A stretch of DNA of 64,000 nucleotides from Hydrogenovibrio sp. (GCA_965140365.1 OZ223196.1), one strand, 5' to 3'; positions 35,150 to 45,815 are shown, numbered from the stretch's first letter. The notes: a model not told the origin generated them from the sequence alone. Made by a program: numbers and translations.

Positions 35150-36491
35150 ATTCTTCGGTATGTTTTTCTTCCGCTTCAATAAAGCTGTATTTGATTCCCA
35201 ACTGATCGAGCAGATGTCCTGTTCCCGCCAGAATTCGGTATTTAGCGTTGAGTTGATCCGCTTCGTTGGTGATCAGCGTTCGCATCGCACTGATGTATTC
35301 GTTCTCGGTGTTGAGCAAATCCAGTAAGGAACGGCGCCCTAGGCTGAACTGCTTACGATAGCCAAGCAGGGTTTCATGCGTCAGCTTGATGTGCTGATTG
35401 ACGTATTCCAATTGGTCGCCGATGTATTCGTTGGCGTTCCAAGCGTAACGTAAATTCTCGATTACCTGACGGCGTGTGTTATTGCGAATTTCCGTGGCTT
35501 GGTGATACTGACTGGACGTTTGTTTACGCGTGGCGGCATCTCGACCACCGTTATAGAGGTTGTAAGACATGACAACCATGGCTTGAAGGTTGTTGTTTTC
35601 CCCTTCAATGCCGTCGATGTTGTGATCGAGCCGTTGCCCCACTTCCAAGTCGATTTTCGGGTAATAATTTTTCCCGGACGCTTCATATTGCATGCGCGCT
35701 TCGCCAATATCGGCATTGGCCGATTTCAGCGTTGGATGATCCAGTAAGGCTGTATTCGTAGCTTCGTCGATGTTTTTCGGCATCTTGGCGTGGAATTGAG
35801 GTTTAATTAAGTCGTTATCCGGTTGGCGGCCTAAAATGCGTCGAAATTTAGCGCGTGCATCATAGTAATTATTTTCGGCGGCACCATAATTGGATTGTGC
35901 TAAGGCAAGACGGGCCTGTGCTTGGTCGACTTCAACCTGGTTGCCGATACCCGCTTCGGCGCGTTTTTTAATCTGGTCGAAAATTTTCAAATGGGTGTCC
36001 AGATTGCTCTGCGCCAACTGCAACAATTCCTGCTCTTTGAGCAGATTGACATAGGATTGCGCCATTTCCAAGGCGATGTCGTTGGCCTTGGCAATGGCCT
36101 TGTAGGCTTGTGCATCCAAGCGGTATTTCTGACGGGCCACCTCATCTTGCGTGCCAAAGCCTTCAAACAGGTTTTGTGTCAATAAAATCTGTGCCTCGCG
36201 ACGCATGAGGCCGTCGCCTTGGTTGTTCAGGCCCGGTTTGTCGACTTCTTCATAGCCGTATCCCGCGTAAATATCAAGCTTTGGATAATACCCGCTTTGG
36301 GCTCCCCTGACTTCGGCTTCAATCGCTCGGTAGCCTTTGACTTCTTGGCGGAAGTCCGGGTTGTGAATGATGGCGTCTTCAATAGCCTCTTTGATGGTAA
36401 TGGCCTGAATTTGTGGGGATAAGCTCATAAGTACCACACTGAGAGCGGATATCCGGATGGAGTGTTTGTATTTCTGAATCATAATTGTCAT
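35148..36491 (-). CDS. TolC-family outer-membrane channel of a type I secretion system (LapE-like)
   Basis: 447 aa with a signal peptide (ISALSVVLMSLSPQIQA) and the duplicated TolC-type coiled-coil/beta-barrel repeat pattern. It sits in a cluster with HlyD and ABC genes. Confidence 0.82.
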   Translation of the reverse strand: MTIMIQKYKHSIRISALSVVLMSLSPQIQAITIKEAIEDAIIHNPDFRQEVKGYRAIEAEVRGAQSGYYPKLDIYAGYGYEEVDKPGLNNQGDGLMRREAQILLTQNLFEGFGTQDEVARQKYRLDAQAYKAIAKANDIALEMAQSYVNLLKEQELLQLAQSNLDTHLKIFDQIKKRAEAGIGNQVEVDQAQARLALAQSNYGAAENNYYDARAKFRRILGRQPDNDLIKPQFHAKMPKNIDEATNTALLDHPTLKSANADIGEARMQYEASGKNYYPKIDLEVGQRLDHNIDGIEGENNNLQAMVVMSYNLYNGGRDAATRKQTSSQYHQATEIRNNTRRQVIENLRYAWNANEYIGDQLEYVNQHIKLTHETLLGYRKQFSLGRRSLLDLLNTENEYISAMRTLITNEADQLNAKYRILAGTGHLLDQLGIKYSFIEAEEKHTEE

Positions 36492-36523
36492 TTCTTTGTA
36501 TTTTTAAAGTTTAAAGTGCATTT

Positions 36524-37156
36524 TTAATTGGGCCAATTTTGAATTTTAATCACTAAGTTTAAGCGATCTTTGGCCTCTAGTTTTTCAAGAATACTGTGCA
36601 TATGCGCTTTGACCGTGCGTTCGCTGATATGCATGAGTTCGGCGATTTCCTGATTGGTTTTACCGAGTAAAACCGATTCCATGGTTTCGATTTCCCGTTC
36701 AGATAATAACGCTTTCCACGAGTTGTCGGGCGCATTTTTCTGGGTGGAAACGGCTTGAATCAAAGATTGCATCACGCCTTGTCCTAACCAGATGTTACCC
36801 GCTAAAACCGTATCGATAGCTTGGTTGATGCGTTCAGTCTGGGCAAAGGTGTTCAGGTAGCCTTTGATACCTTTTTGAAACCATTGAACCCCTTCTTTCG
36901 GTGACGGCATGTTGGAAAACAAGATGATTTGAAAGCCATGATTAAGCATGGTTTCAATCTTTTGTCGTTCTTCTTCCGACTCCGTAAGCTGGATCAGCAA
37001 AAGGTTTGAATTGGTTTCAAATTCCTCTTGGTTGATATCCAGTGTGTAAAGAATTTTTTTGGTCAGGTCTGTGGCCTGGGACCAATTCTTTAACGCATGT
37101 GGATCTTGTACATAGAGTAGCAACTGTTTCATGAGCGTGTCTCTGGCCTCATTCAT
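36524..37156 (-). CDS. LuxR/FixJ-type HTH transcriptional regulator
   Basis: C-terminal LSEREIETMESVLLGKTNQEIAELMHISERTVKAHMHSILEKLEAKDRLNL. The N-terminal domain lacks an obvious receiver acidic pocket. Confidence 0.75.
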   Translation of the reverse strand: MNEARDTLMKQLLLYVQDPHALKNWSQATDLTKKILYTLDINQEEFETNSNLLLIQLTESEEERQKIETMLNHGFQIILFSNMPSPKEGVQWFQKGIKGYLNTFAQTERINQAIDTVLAGNIWLGQGVMQSLIQAVSTQKNAPDNSWKALLSEREIETMESVLLGKTNQEIAELMHISERTVKAHMHSILEKLEAKDRLNLVIKIQNWPN

Positions 37157-37180
37157 TCTTATATTTATGTGTTGGCTTTT

Positions 37181-38542
37181 TTAAGATTCTCGTAACGCCA
37201 AGTCTTTTGCCTTGATAATCGGCTTCATCAGGTATTCCAAAATCGTATGTTTGCCCACCACAATATCCACGGTGGCCGTCATGCCCGGCAATAAAGACAA
37301 AGGGTCCTGTTCGGTGCCTAAGTAGTTTCTGTCGGTTTTGATCCGAGCGATGTAAAAACTGTTGCCTTCTTCATCCTGAATGGTGTCGGCGGAAATTTTT
37401 TCCACCACGCCTTCCAGCCCGCCATAAATGGCAAAGTCATAGGCGGTGAATTTCACTTTCGCTTTCAACCCAGGGTAGACGAAACCGATATCAGAAGGCA
37501 GAATTTTGGTTTCCAGAACCAGGGAGTCATCCAACGGTACGATTTTGACAATATCGCTTCCCGGTTGCACAACTTCGCCGATGGTGGTGACCAAAAGCTC
37601 GCTGATGGTTCCGTTGACCGGCGAGGTGATGTTGGTTCGGCGCACGCGGTCTTCCAAAGCGGCTTTCGAGTTATCGAGTTGCTCCAGTTTGGCCATGACG
37701 CTGTTCAGTTCTTTTTGTGCGTCGTTGCGGAACTTTTGTTCGGCTTCTTTTCGTTTGTTGATGGATTCTTCAATAATCGACTTGAGTCGCGGGATTGAAT
37801 TTTCCGTGGTTTGGAGTTTCGAGTAAGCATCCGTCGCTTCACGTTGCGTTTTAAGCAAGTCCACTTCTGAGGCAATGCCATCTTTTACCAGCGGTTGCAT
37901 GATTTCAATTTCTTTCTTCAGTAACTCGTAGGATTTGGAAAGTTGTGTAAACTGGTTGTAGGCTTCCTTCAAATCGGAACGATTTTGTTTAATTTTTTCG
38001 GCCAGGATATGCTTCGTGGTTTCCAGTTGTTTGAGCTGGTTTTCGTATAATTGTTGTTCACGCTTAAACATTCTCATGACATCCGGGTCATCCGATGGCG
38101 GGTTCAGTTTGAACTCTTTTCCGAATGCCTGCGCGGACAAACGAGCCGCTTGCGCTTGTAAATCGGATAATTGCGACTCCGTTTCACCGTAAGAACTGGC
38201 AAACTGGGTATTGTCGAGTTTGAGAAGGACTTGTCCTTTTTTAACCTTATCGCCGGAGTGTGCAAAAATCTTTTCGACGATGCCGCCTTCCAGGTTTTGT
38301 ACGACCTGAATTTTGCTCGATGGCACCACCTTACCTTCGCCACGGACGATTTTGTCCAGTTCGGCGTAATTGGCCCAGATAATCAGCCAGATAATGACTA
38401 GGAACATGACCCAGACAATCAACTGCGACTTGATGGTCGGCTTTTCCAGGGCGGCCTGACTTAAGCTCGACATATAAGCCAAATCCGCATCGGATACCTG
38501 CGGTGGATGATTGTGTGAATGGTTACGTTGCTTTTCTGTCAT
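37181..38542 (-). CDS. HlyD-family type I secretion membrane-fusion protein (LapC-like)
   Basis: 453 aa with an N-terminal TM helix, a long coiled-coil middle and the C-terminal LLPGMTATVDIVVGKHTILEYLMKPI typical of HlyD. Confidence 0.85.
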   Translation of the reverse strand: MTEKQRNHSHNHPPQVSDADLAYMSSLSQAALEKPTIKSQLIVWVMFLVIIWLIIWANYAELDKIVRGEGKVVPSSKIQVVQNLEGGIVEKIFAHSGDKVKKGQVLLKLDNTQFASSYGETESQLSDLQAQAARLSAQAFGKEFKLNPPSDDPDVMRMFKREQQLYENQLKQLETTKHILAEKIKQNRSDLKEAYNQFTQLSKSYELLKKEIEIMQPLVKDGIASEVDLLKTQREATDAYSKLQTTENSIPRLKSIIEESINKRKEAEQKFRNDAQKELNSVMAKLEQLDNSKAALEDRVRRTNITSPVNGTISELLVTTIGEVVQPGSDIVKIVPLDDSLVLETKILPSDIGFVYPGLKAKVKFTAYDFAIYGGLEGVVEKISADTIQDEEGNSFYIARIKTDRNYLGTEQDPLSLLPGMTATVDIVVGKHTILEYLMKPIIKAKDLALRES

Positions 38543-38545
38543 GGG

Positions 38546-40765
38546 TTAACTTTGTTTGTTGATACGCCCGGTTTTGAGGGCTTCCAGTACGCTCGCCTTC
38601 GAACCGTCGGCGATGATTTTGCCATTATCCATTACGATCAAGCGATCCACCAGTTGCAATAGGCTCATTTTATGGGTCACAACGATACTGGTGTTTTTAA
38701 TGGTGCCTTTTTTCAACCGGTCAATCATCGCTTGTTCCGTTTTGGCATCCATGGCGTTGGTCGGTTCGTCAAATAGGTAAATCGGGCTGTTCAGCAATAA
38801 AGCGCGAGCGACGCCGATGCTTTGGCGCTGACCGCCGGATAAGGAGCTGCCGCCTTCGTTGATTTTTAAACTGTAGCCGGAAGGGTGGGTTTTGATGAAA
38901 TCATCGACGCCCGCCAGACGTGCCGCTTTCAGGATTTTGTCGTCTTCCACGTAAGGCGCACGGTAAGCAATGTTTTCACGGACATCCCCGCTGAACAATG
39001 TTACGTCCTGTGGCACATAGTTGATGTTGCGGCGCAATTCGGCCGGATCGAGTTGGGTGATGTCGATGCCGTCAATCAGTATGGAACCGGAATCCGGGTG
39101 GTAAAAACCTAAAATCAGTTTTTCAATGGTCGATTTACCGGAACCGATGCGACCGATGATGCCGACTTTTTCACCCGGTTCGATTTTAAACGAAACGTTG
39201 GTCAGCGCTTGTTTGCTTTCGCCGGGATAGGTAAAGGTGACATCGACGAATTCTATGCTGCCGTCAAACACAGGGTGCTGAATAAAACGTTTGTCTAATG
39301 GACGTTCGACTTCTTTTTTCATCAACTCATTGAGCGAATCCAACGCCGTTTTGGTTTGATGATAAGAGGACGTTAAATTGGCGAATTGTCCCATCGGGCC
39401 AATCGCGCGTTGGCTGAGCATGACCGCCGCAATCAACCCGCCCATGGTCATGTCGCCATCTTTGATGAGGTATACGCCGGCTAGAATCACCAGGACGGTA
39501 CTCATTTGCTGCATGAACCCGGTCATGCGTCCGATGGAACTTTGCAACATCTTGGATTTCAGGCTAGCGCGAGCAATTTCCCCAACGGCTTGCTCCCATT
39601 TCCACTGGGAATGGGCTTCAACCCCTAAGGATTTAATGGTTTCGATGGCCGTCAGCGTTTCGATGAGGACAGCGTTTTTTTGAGCGGAGGCTTCATAAGT
39701 GGCTTCGACGCTTTTGCGAATCGGACCTTTCATTAACAGGCTGTAGAGCAGGATAAAGGCAATGATGATGATCGGGACCAGTACGATTGCGCCTGCGATG
39801 TAGAAAATCACCAGTAAGAAGATGATGACAAAAGGCAAATCTACCAGGGAGGCGATGGTGCCGGAGGTGAAAAAATTTCGAATGCTGTCGAATTCTTTCA
39901 GGTTGTTTGCGAAGGCACCGATCGAGCCTTGCCGGTTGGCCATGGTTAAGCCCAGCGTTTGTTCGAACAGCTTGGATGACATGATGACATCGCTTTTCTT
40001 GCCGGCCATTTCCAGAAAGTACGACCGTAGGAATTTCAGCAAAATATCGAACATATAGACGACGCTGATTCCGATGGCCAGCACCCATAGAGATTCCACG
40101 GCGTTATTGGGCACAATACGGTCGTATACGTTCATGACGAATAATGGATTGGCCAGCACGAACAGATTGATAATGACGGAGGCAATCAGGACGTCGCGAT
40201 AGATGCCTTTGTTTTCCCAGAAGGTATGCCAGAACCAGTGGCCTTTGTTGGCATGAACCAAGTTTTCTTTTTTGGAGGCCTGCTGAAATTTTTCGGTGAA
40301 ATAGACTGCGTAGCCCAAGTAATCTTCGTTAAGCTTGTCCATATCGACGTGCCGGCGACCGTCCGGAGATTCCGACAGAATAATGGTCGCCTGACCGGTT
40401 TCGTAGTCAATCTTTTCCAGCAGGCAGGCCTGGTCGTTTTTCAGTGTCAGAATACACGGAAGCACCAGGTTCGGAATATCCGCCAGCGCGCGCTGTTTGA
40501 AGCTGGCCACAATGTTCGCGCGTTCCGCAGCGCGGATAAATAGTTCCGGTGTCAGGCGTTCCTTGTCAGCAATCGGCAATCCGGATAGCAGGGCATCTTT
40601 GGAAAACGGTCGGCGGTTCAGCTTGGTGTAAAGCACCAAGCAGTCCAGCAACGGATCTTTAAAATCCGTACCGTTGGCCGTCTGCGATGTCTGGCGCTCT
40701 TCGGGTGCCAGACCTTCGTCATTTGCCGGTATGTCCGTTGTTGGTTGTGAGGTTTTTTCGACCAC
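38546..40765 (-). CDS. type I secretion ABC transporter permease/ATPase with N-terminal C39-like domain (LapB-like)
   Basis: 739 aa with Walker A GRIGSGKST, signature LSGGQRQ and Walker B IYLFDEPT, preceded by a six-helix TMD. Confidence 0.9.
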   Translation of the reverse strand: MVEKTSQPTTDIPANDEGLAPEERQTSQTANGTDFKDPLLDCLVLYTKLNRRPFSKDALLSGLPIADKERLTPELFIRAAERANIVASFKQRALADIPNLVLPCILTLKNDQACLLEKIDYETGQATIILSESPDGRRHVDMDKLNEDYLGYAVYFTEKFQQASKKENLVHANKGHWFWHTFWENKGIYRDVLIASVIINLFVLANPLFVMNVYDRIVPNNAVESLWVLAIGISVVYMFDILLKFLRSYFLEMAGKKSDVIMSSKLFEQTLGLTMANRQGSIGAFANNLKEFDSIRNFFTSGTIASLVDLPFVIIFLLVIFYIAGAIVLVPIIIIAFILLYSLLMKGPIRKSVEATYEASAQKNAVLIETLTAIETIKSLGVEAHSQWKWEQAVGEIARASLKSKMLQSSIGRMTGFMQQMSTVLVILAGVYLIKDGDMTMGGLIAAVMLSQRAIGPMGQFANLTSSYHQTKTALDSLNELMKKEVERPLDKRFIQHPVFDGSIEFVDVTFTYPGESKQALTNVSFKIEPGEKVGIIGRIGSGKSTIEKLILGFYHPDSGSILIDGIDITQLDPAELRRNINYVPQDVTLFSGDVRENIAYRAPYVEDDKILKAARLAGVDDFIKTHPSGYSLKINEGGSSLSGGQRQSIGVARALLLNSPIYLFDEPTNAMDAKTEQAMIDRLKKGTIKNTSIVVTHKMSLLQLVDRLIVMDNGKIIADGSKASVLEALKTGRINKQS

Positions 40766-40870
40766 GTTATTTTCGAGTTCCTGTGCCTGGGTATCGTTCG
40801 GATTATAGATAACTTATTTTATTTGAATAGAGTATAGCTTTTTTACTTAATTTGCCATCAAAATCGTTGA

Positions 40871-42808
40871 TTATAAAGGTTTTGGTGCGCCATAGTAGTA
40901 GCCTTGGAAATGTTGGATTCCCAATTCATGGAATGCGGCAATTTGGGCTTCGTTTTCCACCGACATGGCAATGATCTGGATATCCAGGCTGTGGCACATT
41001 TCATACAGACTGGACACATAGTTTCGGGTTTGTTCGTCCCGTTCGATGGCTTTCGTGAAAGCGGCATCCAGTTTGATGTAATTGGGTCTCAATTCCTGCA
41101 AATAATTCATGTTGGTGAAGTGGCTGCCGAAATGGTCGATCCCGAACGAGAAAGACAGCGCTTTCAGTTTCTCAATCAGAGGCCAGGTCTGGGCTTTATT
41201 GTGACTGATCATGTTTTCGGGCATCTCAAACGATAGGGTGTTCGGGCGCACGCCTTTCAAAACCGTTAAAAGCCATTGCTGGAAGTGATCGTTTTCGATC
41301 ACCGACTCGGTTAAATTGATGGCCAAACAGTTTTGGGTGGCCTGAGTGCTTTTTTGTAAATGCTGCAGGGCCAATTCGATGACCAGGCGGTCAATGCTTT
41401 CCATGAGGTTTAATTCCGCGACAGCGGGCATAAAATAACCGGCTGAATGGATGTGGTCGTTGGTGTCTTTCAGACGAATCAGTAATTCCTGATCGTGCAC
41501 TTGGCGGTTCACATCATAAGCCGATTGTTGGAAGAGCACGAAACGCTGTTCATCAATCGCTGACGTTAAAATTTCTTGCCAAGCCACATCGTGTTTGTGG
41601 GTGTTTTTATCGGTCTGGTCATGGAAGCAAACACCGGTTTCTTTGCCACAATGTTCCGCAATAACGAAATCCAAGGTGGACAGGAGTTGGCCGCGGCGGT
41701 CCCCCGGTTGATAATCCGTCAGTGCCGCCAGCAGTGTGACGGGTGCTTCGTCCGCTTTCAGCTCGGCCAAAATATTCGGCAAGCTGGCTTGCACCGCCTC
41801 CGCCGGGGCTTTGACGCTTTTACCGGATAACGAAGGTAGGACCGCAATCAATTCTGTACCGTTCAAACGGGCGTATAGAGCATCTTTGCTGTGCAGTTCC
41901 GAACGCATTTTATCGGCCAGCATTTTGACCAGTTTGTCGCCGATCATGTAGCCGAAGCGGTCATTCAGTTCTTTTAAGCCTTCAATGCGGATCAGGAAAA
42001 TAGCGCCGGCTGTGGCTTCAGTTTGGTCGTCCAGTAACGCATCCACGTTCATTTCAAAGTGCAAGCGGTTACTCAGGCCGGTGACGCTATCCTGGTAGGC
42101 CATTTTTTGCAGTTTTTCTGCATTTTGGGCGTCACGTTCGAAGACGTCTTTCATCTTATGAACCATCGCGTTCATGGCGGATACGACCCGTTTGAATTCG
42201 ATGGTGGACGGTAAGGTGTCCTGTAATAAATATTCTTTGCGGACAATGGCTTCGGCCTGTGTTTCCATTTTTTTCAGGGGTTTTAGCATGACTTTCAGGG
42301 CATAAATGGCCAGGCCGATGGCAATCAGCGCAGCCAGCGAAAACCAAATCAGCAGGTTGATGGCGGTTTTCCATAGCTCAATGTAAGCGTAACCTGGGTG
42401 GCTTTGTACCGTGAGTGTGCCCACCGGAATCCAGCCCGATTGAATCAGAGCGGTGGCATCGGGCGCTTTGATGGAAATTAACTGAATGAACCAGTTGGGA
42501 ATGCCTTCAATTTTTTGTGGGTTAGCGCGTTCGTAAATGAGTTGGTCGTCAACATCAATTAGGGTGATGTGGGAGTAATACCCACGGTCAAACACGGCGT
42601 TGATCATGGTTTCCATGCTGGATGGGTCTTCGGGGTCGGCGACGGAGCTGAGGGATAAACCGAGTGACGTCGCGGTATCTTGTGCGTGCGATTGCAGCTG
42701 GGCTTCCAAAAAGGAACGGGTATTGTTCAAGTTGAGTAAAAAGGTGCCCAGCAAGACAATCACCAACATGGAGGCTATAAAAATAATCATCTGTTTACTT
42801 AAGCTCAT
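40871..42808 (-). CDS. lapD: LapD-like inner-membrane c-di-GMP receptor (LapD_MoxY_N + HAMP + degenerate GGDEF-EAL)
   Basis: 645 aa. The N-terminus MSLSKQMIIFIASMLVIVLLGTFLLNLNNTRSFLEAQLQSHAQDTATSLGLSLS is the LapD periplasmic-domain signature. The GGDEF position reads RLNGTE and the EAL position reads ELLIRL (both degenerate). It lies adjacent to lapG. Confidence 0.78.
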   Translation of the reverse strand: MSLSKQMIIFIASMLVIVLLGTFLLNLNNTRSFLEAQLQSHAQDTATSLGLSLSSVADPEDPSSMETMINAVFDRGYYSHITLIDVDDQLIYERANPQKIEGIPNWFIQLISIKAPDATALIQSGWIPVGTLTVQSHPGYAYIELWKTAINLLIWFSLAALIAIGLAIYALKVMLKPLKKMETQAEAIVRKEYLLQDTLPSTIEFKRVVSAMNAMVHKMKDVFERDAQNAEKLQKMAYQDSVTGLSNRLHFEMNVDALLDDQTEATAGAIFLIRIEGLKELNDRFGYMIGDKLVKMLADKMRSELHSKDALYARLNGTELIAVLPSLSGKSVKAPAEAVQASLPNILAELKADEAPVTLLAALTDYQPGDRRGQLLSTLDFVIAEHCGKETGVCFHDQTDKNTHKHDVAWQEILTSAIDEQRFVLFQQSAYDVNRQVHDQELLIRLKDTNDHIHSAGYFMPAVAELNLMESIDRLVIELALQHLQKSTQATQNCLAINLTESVIENDHFQQWLLTVLKGVRPNTLSFEMPENMISHNKAQTWPLIEKLKALSFSFGIDHFGSHFTNMNYLQELRPNYIKLDAAFTKAIERDEQTRNYVSSLYEMCHSLDIQIIAMSVENEAQIAAFHELGIQHFQGYYYGAPKPL

Positions 42809-42872
42809 GAGTCTTTCCTTTTTTGAAGGCCATTTGCATTCGATTCGTTTTTGTAAGATGGGAGTAATCGAG

Positions 42873-43523
42873 TCATCGCATCTTTTCCAATAGAGAATTC
42901 CAGTTTTTCAATTTGTCGGTTCCGCCATCCACGGCTTTCCCTTTACCACGCTGTTTTGATAACCAAAGGCCATCACCGTTGAAGCTGTAAATCGGAATCA
43001 AATCCCGACGTTGGCTGGCTTTCATGATGCGGTCATTGATGTTATCGAGCACTAAGGGTTCCGATTTCGGAGTTTTGAAATAAGTCAACACCATGTGAGC
43101 CTGCTTTAAGCGAATGGCTTTGACGTAAGTCAGGTAGAGCTTTTCTTCGGGAACGCCCATGGCTCGAAGGGTGAAATACTTGGCGATGACAAAATCTTCA
43201 CAGTCACCGGCATCGGTTCCCAGAAACTCGGTGGGCGTGGCCCAGTAGTCGTCTTGTTTCCAATGTTTTTTATCGGTGGTGAAGGTGGCCCCGTTGAAAA
43301 AATCGTTTACACGTTGCAATTTGAGGCGTTCAGGCTTGTTGATGTTGTGTTCCACCAGTTTTTGCCAGGCCTCTAAGCGGCGTGCAGCCAAGAGTCCGTA
43401 TTTTTCTTTGGCTTTTTCGATTTCCGCCGGGGTGATAACGGTTGGGGATGTGGAGGGCGCCGCCCAAGACAAGCTCATAATGCCAAATACAATGGGTATT
43501 ATCAGCTTAAATCTGGGCAGCAT
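42873..43523 (-). CDS. lapG: LapG-like periplasmic transglutaminase-like cysteine protease (BTLCP)
   Basis: Signal peptide followed by ...GDCEDFVIAKYFTLRAMGV...AHMVLTY...LDN, consistent with the C-H-D triad arrangement of LapG. Confidence 0.78.
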   Translation of the reverse strand: MLPRFKLIIPIVFGIMSLSWAAPSTSPTVITPAEIEKAKEKYGLLAARRLEAWQKLVEHNINKPERLKLQRVNDFFNGATFTTDKKHWKQDDYWATPTEFLGTDAGDCEDFVIAKYFTLRAMGVPEEKLYLTYVKAIRLKQAHMVLTYFKTPKSEPLVLDNINDRIMKASQRRDLIPIYSFNGDGLWLSKQRGKGKAVDGGTDKLKNWNSLLEKMR

Positions 43524-43551
43524 TGCAATCCTATCGTCCGGAAAACGGAAG

Positions 43552-44511
43552 CTATTGTTGATAGCGGTTATAGTGCTTCATTTTTTCCGGAAGTTCAAGC
43601 TTGGCACCGCTTGGAATTAAGCGCTTATCCATAATCTTGAACTCGATGCGACGGTTTTTCTGACGACCGGCCGCGGTGGCATTGGAGGCCACAGGACTGG
43701 CCTCGCCTTGGCCGTCAATGAGAATCACATTTTCCGGGTAATTAAAGCTCTTCACCAAATAGTGTTTGGTCGAGTTGGCTCGGTTCCAGGATAATTTGAT
43801 GTTGCTGGCCGCGCTGCCCTGGCTGTCGGTGTAACCGGTAATCAAAACGATTTCATTGCTGTCCAGCGCGCGCAAACGGCTGATGTCCTTGTCGAGAATC
43901 GGTTTCTGGTCGGCACGGATTTCATAAGAGCCGGTGTTGAACACGATGTTAGTGACTACCAGTGTTTCCGGTTTACAGCCGTATTTGTTGACGATGCCGC
44001 CGGGTGGTGAATTCGGGCACTGATCCTCCTGGTCAATGACGCCGTCACCGTCGGCATCGTTGTTCAGCTTGCAGCCGACCTTGTCAACTTTCGTGCCCAA
44101 AGGGGTTCCCGGGCATTGGTCTTGGCTGTCCAGCACTTTATCTTTATCGGCATCCCCCTCACAACCAAGGAAGTTGACCTTAACGCCTTTCGGTGTATTT
44201 GGACATTGGTCCGTGCGGTCATAAATGCCGTCACCGTCGGAATCGAGTTCGCATCCCAGTTCATTGACCTTATAACCGAATTCGGTATTCGGGCATTGGT
44301 CGAGTTGGTCCGGCACACCGTCTTGATCCAGGTCTTTGTAATAAGTTTTAACTTGTTTGGAAGCGTCTTCATCCTGTTGGATTGTGGTGATGGCATGTGG
44401 CGGTTCGTCGGATTGAGTTGTCTCTTTTGCATGAACATGAGAGGCCCAGAGTGTCGAGGTCAACGCTAGATAGAACGCGGTGGAAATGTGGAGTTTCATG
44501 GTGTTGTGCAA
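43552..44511 (-). CDS. OmpA-family protein with thrombospondin type-3 (TSP3) calcium-binding repeats
   Basis: Repeated D.DGDG..D..D.CPNTP motifs and a C-terminal OmpA_C domain (ITGYTDSQGSAASNIKLSWNRANSTKHYL...RRIEFKI). Confidence 0.82.
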   Translation of the reverse strand: MHNTMKLHISTAFYLALTSTLWASHVHAKETTQSDEPPHAITTIQQDEDASKQVKTYYKDLDQDGVPDQLDQCPNTEFGYKVNELGCELDSDGDGIYDRTDQCPNTPKGVKVNFLGCEGDADKDKVLDSQDQCPGTPLGTKVDKVGCKLNNDADGDGVIDQEDQCPNSPPGGIVNKYGCKPETLVVTNIVFNTGSYEIRADQKPILDKDISRLRALDSNEIVLITGYTDSQGSAASNIKLSWNRANSTKHYLVKSFNYPENVILIDGQGEASPVASNATAAGRQKNRRIEFKIMDKRLIPSGAKLELPEKMKHYNRYQQ

Positions 44512-44627
44512 CCTTTTAATAAATTTTTTATTTTTTCGTATTTTTCAGGATTCTATCTTAAAGCCTGCGTAAAAAAAAGGGTAAAAGAAATTCAAAAAAG
44601 CTTAGGTTGTTACAAGTCAATTTTGGG

Positions 44628-45815
44628 TTAAAGGGCGGCATTTAAGGCCGCATTTAGAGCGCTGTCCGATAACGTTAACGGGTTGCCCAGCATGCTGCCC
44701 GAACGGCAATTATCTAAAATAGGCCCAAGGTTGGCCGTGTTCAGGCCATAGTGGCTCAAGCCGTTTGGAATATAGGTGCCTGCCAGTTGTTGTAAGTGGT
44801 CGACTAAATCTTGTAATTGTTCGGCTTGATGGGGTGCTTTGGAGCCGAACAAGATAGCAATGTCGGCATATTTGGCCAGTGTTGGTTTGGCATGCGGTTC
44901 GTTTGATTGCTGCAAGGCATCGATATTGGCTCGGGTGATGGGGGCGAGTAACAGGGCGCAGACGGCGCCGTGCGGTGCTTCGAAGAAAGCGCCGGTCGGT
45001 CCGGCCAGGCCGTGCACGGCACCGAGTCCGGCATTTGCCAAGGTGAGGCCGGACAAGCTGGCGGCCAACATCAGGTTTCCGTAAGCAGTTTGGCGTTCGG
45101 CTTCGGAACCTTTTTCGAGGGCTTCGAAAGCACCTTTGAATAAGGTCATGCCCTGCCAGGCCAATGCATCGGTAATGGGATTGGCTTTCAGCGTGGTGTA
45201 GGATTCCAGTAGCTGCGTGAAAGCGTCCAGCCCGGTGGTGTAGAGGACGTTTTTTGGGCAGGTTTCCAAAAAGCTTGGATCCAGCCAAACGTCTTGGGCG
45301 AGTAGTTTTTCACTGCGAAAGGATTTTTTGAATTCGCCCAGTCGTGACAAAACCGCATTTTTGGTGGTTTCGCTGCCGGTGCCAGCGGTGGTAGGCATGG
45401 CGATGAACGGTAAGGTATCGCCTTCCAAAGCCAGGCCTTTACCCACGCCTTCCAGATAATCTATCACCGAAGTGCGGCTGGGAATGAGTCCAGCCACTGC
45501 CTTGGCGGCGTCGAGCACGCTGCCGCCGCCCACTCCCAATACCGCTTGCGCGTTGCTCGGGCAGGCCTGGACGATTTCGTCCACCAGCTCCGGAGAGGGT
45601 TCGCCGGAGACGGTGAAGGCCGATACGCGGATGTTTTCGGCCTGCAATTGTTGAATCAGGTCATCCGCATATTCGCCAGGCCTGGCCAAAAATCGCCCGG
45701 AGATCAACACCACTGATTGGAAGCCCTGTTCGGCGATGGCGGCGGCGAATTGGTCGCGCAGGCTCCAGCCAAAACGAATTTTCGGTAGGTTGGCGATTTG
45801 AAAGTCGGCGATCAT
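44628..45815 (-). CDS. iron-containing (group III) alcohol dehydrogenase
   Basis: 395 aa with LGVGGGSVLDAAKAV and MPTTAGTGSETT motifs. Confidence 0.82.
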   Translation of the reverse strand: MIADFQIANLPKIRFGWSLRDQFAAAIAEQGFQSVVLISGRFLARPGEYADDLIQQLQAENIRVSAFTVSGEPSPELVDEIVQACPSNAQAVLGVGGGSVLDAAKAVAGLIPSRTSVIDYLEGVGKGLALEGDTLPFIAMPTTAGTGSETTKNAVLSRLGEFKKSFRSEKLLAQDVWLDPSFLETCPKNVLYTTGLDAFTQLLESYTTLKANPITDALAWQGMTLFKGAFEALEKGSEAERQTAYGNLMLAASLSGLTLANAGLGAVHGLAGPTGAFFEAPHGAVCALLLAPITRANIDALQQSNEPHAKPTLAKYADIAILFGSKAPHQAEQLQDLVDHLQQLAGTYIPNGLSHYGLNTANLGPILDNCRSGSMLGNPLTLSDSALNAALNAAL

